From: Pristiophorus japonicus
Lineage: Eukaryota
DNA: 64,000 bases
Direction: 5' to 3'
Assembly (NCBI RefSeq): GCF_044704955.1
Contig: NC_091992.1
Coordinates: forward strand, 105,338,001-105,402,000
Numbering within the stretch: the stretch's first letter is position 1; every line of letters starts with the position of its first letter. Shown one piece after another: positions 24,863 through 38,338 of the stretch. The position numbers and the translations under genes are program-made. The notes beneath the pieces were generated by a model. The model did no database searches and was not told the origin of the DNA. It was given only the letters and a program-made list of their open reading frames with translations.

Positions 24863-27499
24863 AAAAGTGGTAAACTGCATCAAAGTGAGTAAATACACTA
24901 AAGTGATGGAATTGTTTTTAGGATCTTTTACATTGGGTAACAAAGCATATTTGTCTGTGGTTTTAGGGAGAAGATAGAACAAATATCTCGATTATAATTT
25001 ATATTAGTTGTATTAAAATACTGTGTAACCAATGGAAAAAATATTCTTGATGCCCTTTAACACTTGACTTGCAGTAGAATTCAGTCATTGGGAGAATTTT
25101 CCTTAACTACCATACTGTGCTGTTGAAACCTTTGCGTATTCATCTGTCGGCATGCACTGCTGTTCACTCAACTCAAACTTTCGTGCCTGGATGCCAATCC
25201 AATCCAAATAATACTGCTGGCCAAGTACTTCTGTGTAATCATTTGTGAGTTGATGACTTCACTTTTGATAAGCAACCAGGAGTGTAAATTGTGTAATTTC
25301 CTCTGAGATTAGTGATACTGGCTGAGAATTTGCAAGGTGCCTCGCCCAGCTGGAAATGTTGGGGTTCCCAAGACAATGTGATGCTGGTAATTCCCCTTTG
25401 TCACCCCCTGTGCATCATTAAGAAGAAAACACATTAATTTCCCCAGAGAATATCCTTGCTTTTGTATAATTGGTTACAAGGAATTGTTTACTTTAACTTG
25501 CATTTTTTCCTATTTAGCAGGGGTACTGGCCTGGAGGAGTTGCTGTGCCCAGCAGTGTGAGAGCTGAATGAACAAACAGGGAAATTACAGGGTTGCTGCT
25601 GTCATGATCCCAAGATACTGCCTCTTCTGATAATTTGGCTCCTTCACACTTCAGGCACAGTAACTTTTTCAAACCATTTCCTTAGTTTGTCATCCACATT
25701 CACATTTGAACAAAAGCAGCAGAAATAGAAAATCAGAAAGGCTGGTAATACATTACATTTCTTTTCTTTTAAAGAAGTAGTGGTATAGACACTAAAATTG
25801 AGCTCAGTATGTTGGACCAAAAAACAATTTGTAGTGCGAGAGAGAAAATAAATGTTAATATTTTATGACCGATTATGTTGATTAAGTTAGTTTGCCCGAA
25901 GTAACATTTTAGTATGTAGAATTGATATAACCTCAAAACAATTGCGATTATTTGTGTATTTAATTAAGTTGTCAATTTTTCCAAGGATGGCACTTGGTGC
26001 TAGCAAATGTCTTCAAGTCTATCCATTTCTATTAAAGATAGTAATTGGATAATGAGGATAGTTTAAAGTAATTGCATATAGTTGTGTACTGCTGCAATAT
26101 CACTGCACATCCATTTGGTTTCAAGATTCTGTTGCATGAATACATTGTCTGTGGTGGGCTTAACCTTTAATTTTTCAAATCCTGAAAAGTTTCTGTAACA
26201 ATAGCTCCAGAAGGGTTTTAGCCTTTGGAGAGTTCGTGAGCCCTGTTGCACTCGAGTTCTGCTCCCAAACTGACTCTTGCGAAGAGCCTTGCTGTCTGAA
26301 GTTTAATGGTAGGTAAAAGCTGCTGCTGGAGATAAGTGTGATTCTGAACAGAATTCAAGTAAAAACAGAAAATATTAGAATTATATAGGAAGGCTGTTAG
26401 CATCTGAAAAGAGAAAACAGTGGTTAATGTTTCAGCTTGAGATCATTTGTTAGAATGAACAGAATGGTCACTATCCCTGGCAAAGTCTTTTCATTGAATG
26501 CTGCTCCTGTCCTCCAGCATCCTGAGTGATGGTTGATCTCAGCCTTTATGCCTTGTGTACTTTTTTTTCCCTTCACCACTTTCCCCCACTCCCAGTGCAA
26601 TCAGATCTTCACCTACAGTCTGCACCCATCTTCTGTTCCCAACAACGGAACGTTTGAGCACAAACCATTATGTGCACAATACTAATGAGATTTTTCTGAC
26701 ACTTGAATACTAAGCAAAAGCAGTCTGCAGTTTAGTAACGCTGTTGTGATTTTAGGGCTTCATGAGATTTCCATGCACAAATATCCTGATGTATCCATTT
26801 AAAATTCATTGTTTGATCCTACTTGCCCATTATTTTGTATATTTTAATATTCTCCTTAACCACCAAATTGTAAAGCTCAAGTTTCTTTGCCCTTTCTTCA
26901 TAGTGTCTCTACTTTCATTGTAGTAGGTTATCTTACTCCGTATTCACAATTCCTCGCTTTTGGAAGTTAAACACTGTTGTGAAATTACTCTATTTCGAAA
27001 GTGAAGAAATTTGGTTTTCATTTTTAAATGTAACTTTTTTGTTTGCAGTTCAGCCAATCAAGCTTTAAATATTTGGAGAAACAGGAAAACTGTTGGTTGA
27101 CGTTGCAAGTTAACTTTTTAATATTGAATTTCTACGTTGCTGACTGCAGAGCACAGTGCTGTAGATGCTACAAAATTAATGGTGACGTTACATCTTGCTA
27201 CAGTGTTTTCAAATTTCACATTGTAACAGTCTGACTATTTTTTATCCAGAATAATATTTGAAATTATTGCACGATATGAGTTAATTTCTCTGAACAATTT
27301 TATGTAAGATGAGAGTTCATAAAATTTCTCTTTGGACAGAGTTCAAAATCCTGTTCATAGTTACTGTTGTAATCTATTTACATTCGTCCATTAGCAACTG
27401 TAATATTTCCAATGTCACCATTTAATGATTTCAAAGCTTACATCACAGTACATGGCATAAAAGTCTTGGTCCCTAAAATTTGAGGATGCATTTTTAATA

Positions 27500-28000
27500 T
27501 GCTCTTGAGATGGGCATTTTGGCAAGGCTGCATTTATTACCCATCCCTAGTTGCCCTGAGAATGTTGTGCTGGACCGCCTTCAATTGCTGCAGTCCTTGT
27601 GATTTTGACACTCCCGCAATGTTAGATAGGGACTTTGGATGTTGACCCAGCGATGATGAAGGAACAGCTATTTATGTCCCAAGTCAGGATCCTATGTGAC
27701 TTGGGGATCTTGGAGGTGATGGTGTTTCCATGATTTTGCTGCTCTTGTTCTTCGGGGCGGTAGAGGTCATGTGGCAGGTAGGTGCTGTTGAAGTAAGCTT
27801 GGTGAGTTGCTGGACTGCATCCTGTAGACTATATATACTGCAGCTGCAGCACACTGGTGGTGAAGGGATGGAGATTGAGTTCAATGGCGGGGTGCTGAGC
27901 AGGCGGATTGCTTTGTCTTGGATGGTGTCACTTTTCTTCAGTTTTGTTGCGGCTGCACCCATCCAGGCAAGTGGTGAGTATTCCATCACACTCCTGACTT
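27500..28000 (-). mobile_element. CR1-group LINE 3' fragment (Crack/Daphne-like; family uncertain)
   Basis: Reverse ORF MMEYSPLAWMGAAATKLKKSDTIQDKAIRLL, typical of a LINE ORF2 C-terminus; a related piece lies at ~44710-44950 (+). Confidence 0.65.
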
Positions 28001-28888
28001 TAAAGTGTGAGATTAGTATACATGTTGAAGTCTTGGATTACTAATACTTTTACACAAGTCAAGTATAGATGTATTAAAATCAACTGGGCTTTATAGCATT
28101 GAAATGATAAGATTTAAATGATAGCGTCTACAACTTGTAATATTTTGTCCTAAAAGTAAAATAACTAGGAACTATACCTGTAATATAGACTTGCATTTCA
28201 TTCAGCCTGATGAAGGCAATGGTACTGCTGAAGCATCCATTTTCTTTGCTTGAGCAAGTATGATGATTTGGTTTAACTTTTTAAAATTTGAGATTTAACA
28301 TTAATCTTGCAATCTAAGTAAAATAAAGCGCATTATTTGCAGTGAAGTTTTGCTGAAATTGTAGCAACATATCTAAATTCCTGCATTGTCTTTTAGGCTT
28401 CATAGATAATATTGTAGCACTTCAATTGATAGTGAAGGAGTATTAAGCGTTGTTTTCTGGCACTTATTGAGGCAATGCGCAGAACCAAAATTCAAAAATG
28501 GAGCTTCTAAAGAATTTATGTTGGATTGTGTTATTAAATTACATTGTGCTCCAGAAATGATAACTATTATATTTATATTCCATTTGTGTAGTTTCATTCA
28601 CATGATTCATCTTTACTATTACTATTCATCTCCAATACCATCTGACCTGAAAGTTGCCCCCAAAATCCCTTAAATGTCAATTTAATGAATTGTGCTATTT
28701 GGGGATGGTGCATTTTTATTAATTATCCTGTTTTTAAAAATAGAAGGAAAGGCTTCGGTATTGATCAAGTGAGCCACATTTATATTAAGTGTAACTTTTA
28801 CAGTTCTAATAAACATTGTTATTTTGGATATTTTTTGCAGTTGTGAAATAGGATATACCTTTTAAACTTTAACCTCTCTTTGTTCTAG

Positions 28889-29735
28889 ATATTCTGGATG
28901 GCTGGAAGATTTACATGGTAGATGTCTTGCAAGAAATACCATCTCTTGCCATCTGTTTAAGTGATGGAGAGACCTTCCTAAATAAGCAGTGATCTACTTA
29001 AAAGGTTACTATAACATCATTGTTTATAATAGGTTTTGTCAGTTTAAGTCTTGAATTTAAATTAGTGTCTGAAAAGGCTCATTATATGTTATGTGCCATT
29101 TGTGTTGCTATTACTTAAACTTCTTACAATTTAGTGAAATATTCGACTTCAGGTGCATTTTGGCTTGGATATGTACATAAGGTAAAAAGCATGGAACGTA
29201 TTTCCAGGTTTTGTAATGTTTCTTTCTGTATACTGAAGTAATTATCTTCTAAATTTCAACTTTGCATATGTCTTTTTTCCATTTTTTTAAATTTCAGTTC
29301 AATACTAATCTTATTGTCTCATGTATTTTTGTGCACTAGGCGCAGTTGTGTAGCAGTTCTGTAAAGCGGGTTAGCTGTAAGGTGGCGTGTTGCAGTGCAG
29401 TGCAGAGTGCTTGGCTGTGTCCTGTATTCTCCTGATTGCTCCTGTAATGATGCCTTGACGTGCAGAAAATATGGCTGTCCAGTAAAATGCCTGTCAGCTG
29501 CACCTCCAGAGACGTGGCTGCGTGTAAATTATGGAGCAGGCAGTAAGCACCTTTAGCTACCTTGTTTTTGTACATGGTAATGTGGTTTTTACATTTACAA
29601 TTGAAACATACTGTTTAGAAAGCTGTTAATTTTGAACTTGATTGTAATTAACAGTTATATTTGCTTCAGTACATAAAATCCTGTACATCTTGTATTTCTG
29701 TAATGATATTAAAGATTTTTTTCTTGGTGTTAATT
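28889..29735 (+). other. SRSF2: SRSF2 terminal 3'UTR exon with optional internal intron 29005-29339
   Basis: Acceptor ctctctttgttctAG; internal donor AAAAG|GTTACT; branch point TACTAAT (~29303) and acceptor GTGCACTAG|GCGCAG; ATTAAA at 29708. The block resembles the human SRSF2 3'UTR as I recall it. Confidence 0.75.
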
Positions 29736-31434
29736 GTTCTATATTTATGACCATTGGTGCTGTACTTAGAAACTACTTTTTAAAAACGATCATGGGATAT
29801 TGACATAGCAAATGTGAATGATTGCTTGATTGAACCACTGTAAATTGTTTAGTGTGGATGTCTTCTCCGGTTTTATAAATTTGGTAACTAATATGCTCGT
29901 TCTAAATTCAAACAATTCTATGCAAAACAAACTAAGAAATCTGTGCTGAAGCCTAAGATCTCCAAATTTAGAGAAAAGTTAGCCTTTTACCTGCTTTGAA
30001 AATAGATGTTTCTAGTAAAACTTGCATTTAGCAATTTTATGTAAACTGAAACTATTCTTGTAGCAACTGTGTTGCACTCAAAACTTGGTCCAAAACCCTT
30101 CCATTTTTTTTTTAACCCAGCTTTTTATCTATTGCCTATTTGTACTAGTGAGTTTTGCTGCACTGGAAATTGTGTGGTTCAAATGTAAAAACAACATCCT
30201 GTTTCCCTTGGAATTGTGCTCATGCTACAAAGCACAAAATTCAGGTGTCTGATAATAGATCACTTTTTAAATTTCAGTTGGACCAAAATTTGCCACATGT
30301 GCTAAGCTGGTCATTTAATACATCCTGGAGGGGAAGCTTCTTGTCTGGAGCCCAAAGCACTTCTGTCCCCCACAAAGGGGAAAATGCACACCAAGCTTAT
30401 TGCTGCATTGTATGTAATGAATAAACATTGGGTTTCTGGTGCGATGGGTTCTACAATGCTTGTATTGCAGAGTGAATGTCATGGCACCAGTGAAAATAAA
30501 TCTACAATTGCGCTTGCAGTTGTTTGAAACTCTCATGTCTCACTTCTAGCTGCTGGAGATTTTCTTGGTGGCTGGGAAGATATGCAGAAGCCAGGGAAGG
30601 GAAAATCACATTCTGTTCCATGGGCAAAAATATCACCACCAGAGGTGTGGACATACCTTGCTGCCCTGGCATCAGTGATGCTGGAGGTGCTGGATAAATC
30701 ACCTCTTTCGGTCTTGCTACCTCTGGAGATAACAGCAGCAGCTCAATTACTTTGCAGCATTGTACATTCATTATAAATGTTTGTTTACTAAGGTTACATA
30801 GATAATACTCCATGTTCTGGATGGGTCTGGTAAACACTTATTTTGTACATGTATAACTAGATGTTATAATTTGTGTTTCGGACACTGAAATTGCCTTAAG
30901 GATTTTACGGTGTAACACAACAACCAGTGGTGCACTATGTTGGCCATACTGTAGCACCACATGAATAATAAAACCAGGAATTTTAAGAGTTTAAAGAATA
31001 ATGCATAGGTTGGAATGTTGCATTTGGTAAGGTGGAAACTGGTGATGCATTCCCACCCGGTAGGTATTTTAGTAGGGGATCCAATGTGTACTAATCACAA
31101 TGATTAGTGTTTATCTGATACACTGAACTATAATTCAGGGTGATATTCTTGCATGTAAGTGGGAAATTATTGCCCTGAAAATTGCTCATTAGTAAATGCA
31201 TTGAATGTTTTACAGCACAAATGTGCTCCTTTAAGTTTAACTGTTCCTGTAGAACGTGTACTAGATATTCAATGCAGTGCACACCTGTATAGTTTCATTT
31301 GGAAATGCAATTTGTATTGTAATTTTTACATCTTAACATTGTAAAAGCTGAAACTAAAATCTTCTGGCTCTGCATCTTAACTGAATAGAAAAAAATGTTT
31401 GTTCCACCTCAACTTCCTATTATGGTTATTAACG

Positions 31435-31900
31435 CACAAGTCCTGATTTTAATTGGGGGGGGGGGGGGGCTGCTGGCGAGGCGGCACCAAACCCGAGGTC
31501 TGGGGAATTTTATCTCCAGTCTCATCTGCATGATGCCGGTGAACTGCCTGTTAACACATGTATGTTGTGGTGAGTGGGTTTCAGGAGGGAATGGGGAGCC
31601 TTGAGCAGGGAAAGCTTGTGAGGCCCAGAGAACACTGTTGGTCCACAAGGAAAATACAAAAAAACCACATCTGTTTGGCCCTCTTCTGGCTCCGGGTATT
31701 TTGGCTTCCTTGTGCAGGCCAGTTAAAATTGTAGTTCGGGCCCGATGATATCGGGCGTTTTTAAAGGCGGGCCTCAGAAGAGCAGGTTAAAATAGAAGAT
31801 GGCAGGATCAGTGCAGGATGGTGGCGGTAAGTCAACGAGTCAATTTTAACTGCCCACCCATCCGCTTTCCATCAGACAGGCAGAGTTAAAATTGTGTCTT
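31435..31900. mobile_element. Non-autonomous TIR-like element remnant
   Basis: GC-richer island with inverted-looking ends (GATTTTAA...GTTAAAATT), similar in style to 762-1293. Confidence 0.35.
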
Positions 31901-33607
31901 AAGATTCTAGGCTGGAAGAACAATTGAAGCATGAGGCACTGCATATGTTATCAATTAGCCTGAGCCTCCCATTTGATTCAACCCTGCAACATTACAGCTG
32001 AACTTAACTTCAAATGTCATGCTAACAATACGCAATTCAATACGGGTTTGCATTGGGGATAGGGCATGAAAGTGGAGATGAGATCGAAGGTCAGTCATGA
32101 TCTTATGGAATGGTAGAGCAGTCTTGAGGGGGCTGTATGTCCTGCTATTTGTTGCACATCTTAAAAGAGGAAGGTAAATACTTGGAACAGTAGCCATTTG
32201 TCTTTGGCCTTGAGTACAGTTAAATCCAATGTGTTGTACATGTAACTTATGTTGGGTGACTTGCTAGTATGCAGTAGCAGTCAGCAGATTTGCAGGACTT
32301 AAAACCTGCATGGGGTTACACATTTTGGTCTAGACTTTGTGCCAAGTTTATTGTGTAATTGATGAAGAAGAGCTCCATAGAGCAGAGGCATCTTAGTGAA
32401 TTCACACAGGGTCCACACTTTACACAGCTAGAGGATTATCTCCATAAATTGTTGTGCAAACCACTTAAACCTGGCAGGAGAACAATGTTCCAGCCAAATT
32501 ATTGCTCAGCAGACTGAAACTGCATCTTAACTATACTCTAGAAATTCCTTTTTAGCTGATGTCACTGAATCACAACCTCAATGAATTGAGTGTCTTTTAG
32601 TCTGTGTGGAGGAATCAACTGAAATATCCATTCTATTGAGAAGTATAAACTTTCTGCATGGAATATTGAAACTAGTTTGCATTCAAAACACTTAACGTGT
32701 ACAGTTGCTATGCCTTTTCAATATTGTGAAACAAATTGTGTTAACACTTCAGGTTAGATTCAGTACTATAGAGAAGGGGGAAAAATCACTTGCTCCAGGT
32801 TGTATATGCCTTTTTCTGGGGTTATAAATATTGTGTAACTGGTCAATCTGTACCAGCAGTTTTGTGGAAGTGCAAAATCAATGTATTGATGCAAAGTTAA
32901 TGTGAGATTCGGTTACTGTGAAATGAACAATTAGAAATTACCATTTAAGTGTACTGTGAATATTTCCATTTTGCTCAGGGAATGACAGTTGAGTTAATTA
33001 TTAGATATTGGGTTACTAAGTCACTTATATGTGCATCACAGGTTTTAGGTATTGTACACTAGTCTATTAATGAAATTAACATTTGTAAAAGTTTGCTTTT
33101 TTATAGTCACAATATTAGACCATATACATTTGAGCTAAGTGTATGTTTGAGTTAATTTAAACATAGTTTGTGAAATGGGGAGTAGTTTGCCTTGTCAGCA
33201 AGAAGCCCTTTTTAATTATTGCTCAGCATGCAAAAATTCAAGCAGTAAGTTTTATACTGGTTTTACTTCATGCATTATAAAAGTTTGCAGGTATTTCCAA
33301 AGTACAGACTATTCAAATAGAACTGAATAACTGGAAAGCTTTAATTGAAATTACAACTTGGAATACTTACTGAATATCAAACTAGGCATTGTACTTTAAT
33401 ATAAAAAAAAATAGCTGCTGCAACAATTAATGACTTGCAGTTGGTCTCTGGTGATCTGTTGCAGAAGGCCTTAATTTTTAGTCTGGCGATAATATAAATT
33501 GGCTTGTACTATCAAATAGTACTATAAAATGCTGAAAGTGCTATAAAAAGTTCTAGGTGTGGTATAAATTTGGATCAGAGAAGGTTAACAAAAAACATAA
33601 GTTTAAA

Positions 33608-34510
33608 AAAGGTGCAGAAAAGATTTGAGTGTGATTCGATTCTGGGGATGAGGGATTTCAGTTACATGGATAGATTAGAGAAGCTGGAGTTGTCTGCCTT
33701 AGAACAGAGAAGGTAGAGAAGAGATTTGATAGAGGTATTCAAAATCATGCTGACAGGATCGAGAACGAGAGGACACCGATTTAAGGTGACTGGCAAAAGA
33801 ACCAAAGACGACGTGAGAAACTTTTGCAGCAAGCATACATTTGAGCTAAGAGTGTGTTTTTGAGGTAACTTCAGCATAGTTTGTGGAGGCAGACTCAATC
33901 GTGGCTTTCAAAAGGAAATTGGATGAGTAAAAAGACTTGCATTTATGTAGCCTTTTACGACTACCAGACATCTCAGTACTGTACAGTCAATTAAGTACTT
34001 AGTCACTGCTGTAATGTGGGATACGCGGCAGCCAATTTGCACATTAAGCTCCCATAAACAGCAATGTGATAAGATCATTTGTTTTTGTTATGTTGATTGA
34101 GGGATAGATATTGGCCAGGACACGGGCCAACTCCCCTGCTCTTTGGAATAGTGCCATGGGATCTTTTACATCCACCTGAGAGAGCATACGGGACACACTC
34201 TTAGCTCAAATGTATATGGTCACTGCAGAAAAGTTTAACATCTCATCTGAAAAACAGCATCTCAGACAGTGCAGCACTCCCTCGGTACTGGGAGTGTTAG
34301 TCTAGATTTTTTGTTCCCAACTCCCTCGAGTGGAACTTGAACCGACAACCTTCTGACTGAGGCGAATGTGCTACCCACTGAGCCACAGCTGTACCTGAAG
34401 GAAAACAATTGCTGGGCTACCAGGAAAGGGCAGAGGAGTGGGACTAGTTCAAGTGCTCTTAGAGAGCTGGTATAGGCCAAATGGCCTCCTGTGCTGTAAC
34501 CATTCTATGA
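33608..34510 (+). mobile_element. CR1 3' fragment with a nested antisense DeuSINE (~33930-34392)
   Basis: CR1 reads ..TTGGATGAGTA|, SINE, |GTACCTGAAGGAAAA.. and continues to CATTCTATG. Confidence 0.8.
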
Positions 34511-35973
34511 AAACAATTTGCTAGGTTTTCTAAATTTACACAAGATTTTTTAAAATTACAATCAAATGCAGGATCAGACCACTTGAGCTTCTCCCAATGT
34601 GGGGTTTGTTAAATGTCTGAACTTTAATATAATGCAGATCTAGCTACTTCAAATGAAAACAAAATACAATGTTCGAATACATTGTATGTATTTTTACCTG
34701 GCGACCTGTACCGCAGGGGTTAGCACTACCTGCGTGCTGTGGAATTTTAACTGAGGTGTGCGTATGATGTCACTGACATTCCCTGCCCAGAAGTCAGCCT
34801 CGCAGGGGAGGAATGCTGGACAAGAGGCTGCAAGCCCTGACCATTGGCCAGAAATGTAAAATTATGGTGAAGGGTTACATACGTATTAACCCAATGTGCA
34901 TAATATGTTTGTCTCGGTGTTACCTGCTCGACTGATTCCTGGACATTTAGCTTGAGAATGGCATTTAGAACTGTCAAATCCCACAAGTTGGTCCCAACTT
35001 GCTCAGGACTGTTTAGAATGGAGCAAATTGCAACTAAACCAAAATGTGAGGACCTGCTTGGATAGTTTCAACATTTAGGGAAGCAAGTTGAATGTATTGA
35101 TTTAGACATGGAGTTGGATGACATTTTACTATTTAGCACCCTGCGTGTTTTTTTTTTCCTCAAGCTGCAGGATGGGTGGGAAATATTGTTTGTTTGAAGA
35201 TAACAAACATAGTGCAAGTAGAAACCTTCATTATTTCTCATTTGCAACTGCAATAAAGTGCCTTACAAATGAAATGCATATTAAGTAGGCATACTTTTAA
35301 ATCAATCTAAAACAATCCCTTGGAAAAGGAGACCTTTTCTTACAGCTGAACATTAGCATTACTAGTTTGCCCTCCAGCTATTCGCTAGAACAAGATCCTT
35401 TGCTTTATGGAAAAAGAACACTTGAATCTACACGAAGTGAGAGGGGAGATAGAAGCCACTGCTGGGCGTTATAAAGACATTTGGGATACTCTATTTCAAA
35501 CACGAAGAAAAAGGGATTATTGGTTTTTAAGCTTAATGTACGAATCAAAGGATTTTAAGCCCACAATTCCACACTTTTATTCCTATGACAGACAAATTCT
35601 TTTAACATAACATTTCATTGAAGCGTATAGTTCTAGTCATAAATAAGTGAAAAATGTACATCTGTCACACACTGAAATATTTAAAACATAACTATAAATA
35701 AAATAAAACCCAGCATCATCCTCTGCTTAAAAAATGTAGTTAGCAATATCTAAATTTTGATTTGAAGCTAGCTTGGTAGATAATAAGCACAAGAAATTTG
35801 AAATACACCCTATCAAGTTTTTATTTTGATAAATACAGAACCAAAGTCTTACTTAAAAAAATGACCCCATGAAAGTAAGTGATTTTGGATGGAAAACATG
35901 ATGGTAGTGGCAGTCTTTCTAAAATGCAGTTCACTGCAAAGAAAGCATAGCTATCTTTGCCACTAGACCAGCT

Positions 35974-36148
35974 TTAGGTTACTGAGGTAATGTTAGTCCT
36001 TAAGGTGATAATCATCATGTGAACAGTGTGACTTCCAGGCAGACTTGATCCAGCAAGCTGTTCTTCATCTGCATTAAATGTTTCCAGTTGTATGTGAACA
36101 CACTTCAAATTCCACTTGTATAGTAATGCTTCAATTGACCAATCCGCA
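35974..36148 (-). CDS. METTL23: METTL23 last coding exon
   Basis: ADWSIEALLYKWNLKCVHIQLETFNADEEQLAGSSLPGSHTVHMMIITLRTNITSVT*; total CDS 699 nt (232 aa); AATAAA on the - strand at 35820-35825. Confidence 0.94.
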
Positions 36149-37284
36149 CTGGAAGAGATAATAAATTATTCAGCAACTACAGTAAAAGAATATTCTTACA
36201 GTGAGACTAAACAGATTTCTTACCTTATCCAAACCTGGGTGGGTCACTCCATCTCATTTGTTTGAATAAATATATAGTGATAATAGGCATAATAAGGATG
36301 TAAACGTAATGTCATGCGGGGTAAAATTTGCCGGCATAGTAAGGCTGTAATTGTAATGTCATGCTGGGTAGAATTTGGCACCAGAATAATGAAGATCAGG
36401 CCTCAATGTACTAAAGTGTGTTCGGACAGGAATAGTGGAAATTGATCCTGTTAAAGAAGTAGGGTATGGTCCTTGGAAGATAAACAAAAATTGAGGCAAC
36501 TAGACAAGATGAAAACTGGCAAGAGGCAGTAGAGATGTAACAAGAAGTGAATGACAGTTTAAAATTATAATAGTCCAGTTCAAATGATTTGAGTTGCTCA
36601 GAAAATTTCCACTTTGGGCGCAATCAGGAAAATACACTTGAAATTGCTCTGGTTAGGTTCGGCTACAAGTTTGGGTTAAAATAAATTTGCATAATCACAA
36701 ATCTTTCATCAACCTGGGCAATTGGGCAGCGTATTTGAAAGTAATCATTTTTTTATTTCCATTAAAACTTATCCCTTGATGTATTTAAGAGTGGTAACAT
36801 GGTGCAGTTTTATTAATACAGCTGAAAATTGTTTTCAGCAAAAATAAGCATCTTTAATAAGGATGTCCATTTTTCCCACTTGTAATTGATTTACAATCAC
36901 TGAAAATTGCTGAAAACAAAACTATACTGAACCACTGAACAGTTTCATTGGTATACACTAGTCAGTTTTAGAGAAATACAATATTTTAAAATAAAAAACT
37001 TAATGTGCCTACTGGGGGATTCACCCTATCCCTGCATTTTAACCCTGCTTAAGCTGAATACTGTACCTTGTCTTGACTGCCAATGTGAAGCACCATGGGA
37101 GATCAACTCATGTTAAAATAGAAAGACAATTGACTTCATATACTGGGTCTCTTACAACATTTATGGTATCATGCAGCAGATGATTAATCTGCATTTCACA
37201 CAAATAGACCTATCACTGAGGTTCACGTGGAGAAATATTTTTTTTTAATTATGAATGGGACTAAAGGGGAATTATATCACAATT

Positions 37285-37720
37285 ACCATCATCATCATTG
37301 GCAGTTCCTCGAAATCGAGGAAGACTTGTTTCCACTCTAGAAGTGAGTTCTTAAGTGACTGAACAATCCAATACGGGAATTACAGTCTCTGTCATAGGTG
37401 GGACAGACAGTAATTGAAGGAAAGGGTGGGTGGGACTGGTTTGCCGCCCGCTCCTTGCGCTTGTTTTCTGCATGCTCCCGGCGACGAGACTCAGTGCTCA
37501 GCGCCCTCCCGGATGCATTTCCTCCACTTAAGGCGGTCTTTGGCTAGGGACTCCCAGGTGTCAGTGGAGATGTTGCATTTTAGCAAGGAGGCTTTGAGGG
37601 TGTCCTTAAAATGTTTCCTCTGCCCACCTTAGGCTCACTTGCCATGTCGGAGTTCAGAGTAGAGCCCTTGCTTTGGGAGTCTTGTATCAGGCATGTGAAT
37701 AATGTGACCCGCCCAACGGA
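37285..37720 (-). mobile_element. RTE-clade LINE 3' end
   Basis: Reverse strand GGQRKHFKDTLKASLLKCNISTDTWESLAKDRLKWRKCIREGAE; (GAT)n tail. Confidence 0.8.
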
Positions 37721-38253
37721 ACAATTACAGTATTGTTTAAGTACGGTCACTGATCTGTACTAAAAACACTTTGTACAAATTAGCTATCGTGTTTGCCTAC
37801 CTTATAAAAGCAAGTTTAGGACACTTCAAAAGTACTTGATTGGTTAAATGTTTTGGGGTGAGGACATGGAAAACGCTCTATAAATGTAAGTTCTTACTTC
37901 TTGGGTGATAGATCTCCAACATACAGTTGATGAATTTCAGCTATAGTGGGGTAGAAAGCCAATTCCTCCCTTCTCCCCTCTTTTCATCTAACATGACCTG
38001 ATAATGAGTGACGGAAATATCACAATAAGGGAAGAATGAATGCAAATGCCAGCCGAGACTAGCAAGCATGAATTTCATAAATCTGAAATGGCTTTACTAC
38101 TATAATTAAGTGACTATTCCAGCCTATCAGTTAAAAATTCTCATTAGATATAGAAATAATTGTGTTTTAGTCAAACATATGCAAATAGTATAATTAAAAA
38201 TATCACAAATAAAATACTGTTCAGACACAATCAAACAGTTATGAAAAGCTCAC

Positions 38254-38338
38254 CAACGTTCCTGATAAGTGGTCCAGAACAGCGCATGTGGATTTTTTTG
38301 CATGAGGTAGAAAATAGTTGTTAATATATCCTCAAAGT
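38254..38338 (-). CDS. METTL23: METTL23 coding exon 4
   Basis: (D)FEDILTTIFYLMQKNPHALFWTTYQER(C); 85 nt; ttttctAG acceptor, GTGAG donor. Confidence 0.94.

Noticed and set aside
28200-28240. Hammerhead-like CTGATGA-A-GGCA..TGCT-GAAG in the SRSF2 UTR intron
   Set aside because: GAAA is changed to GAAG, and neither stem I nor stem III can form; at best a dead relic.
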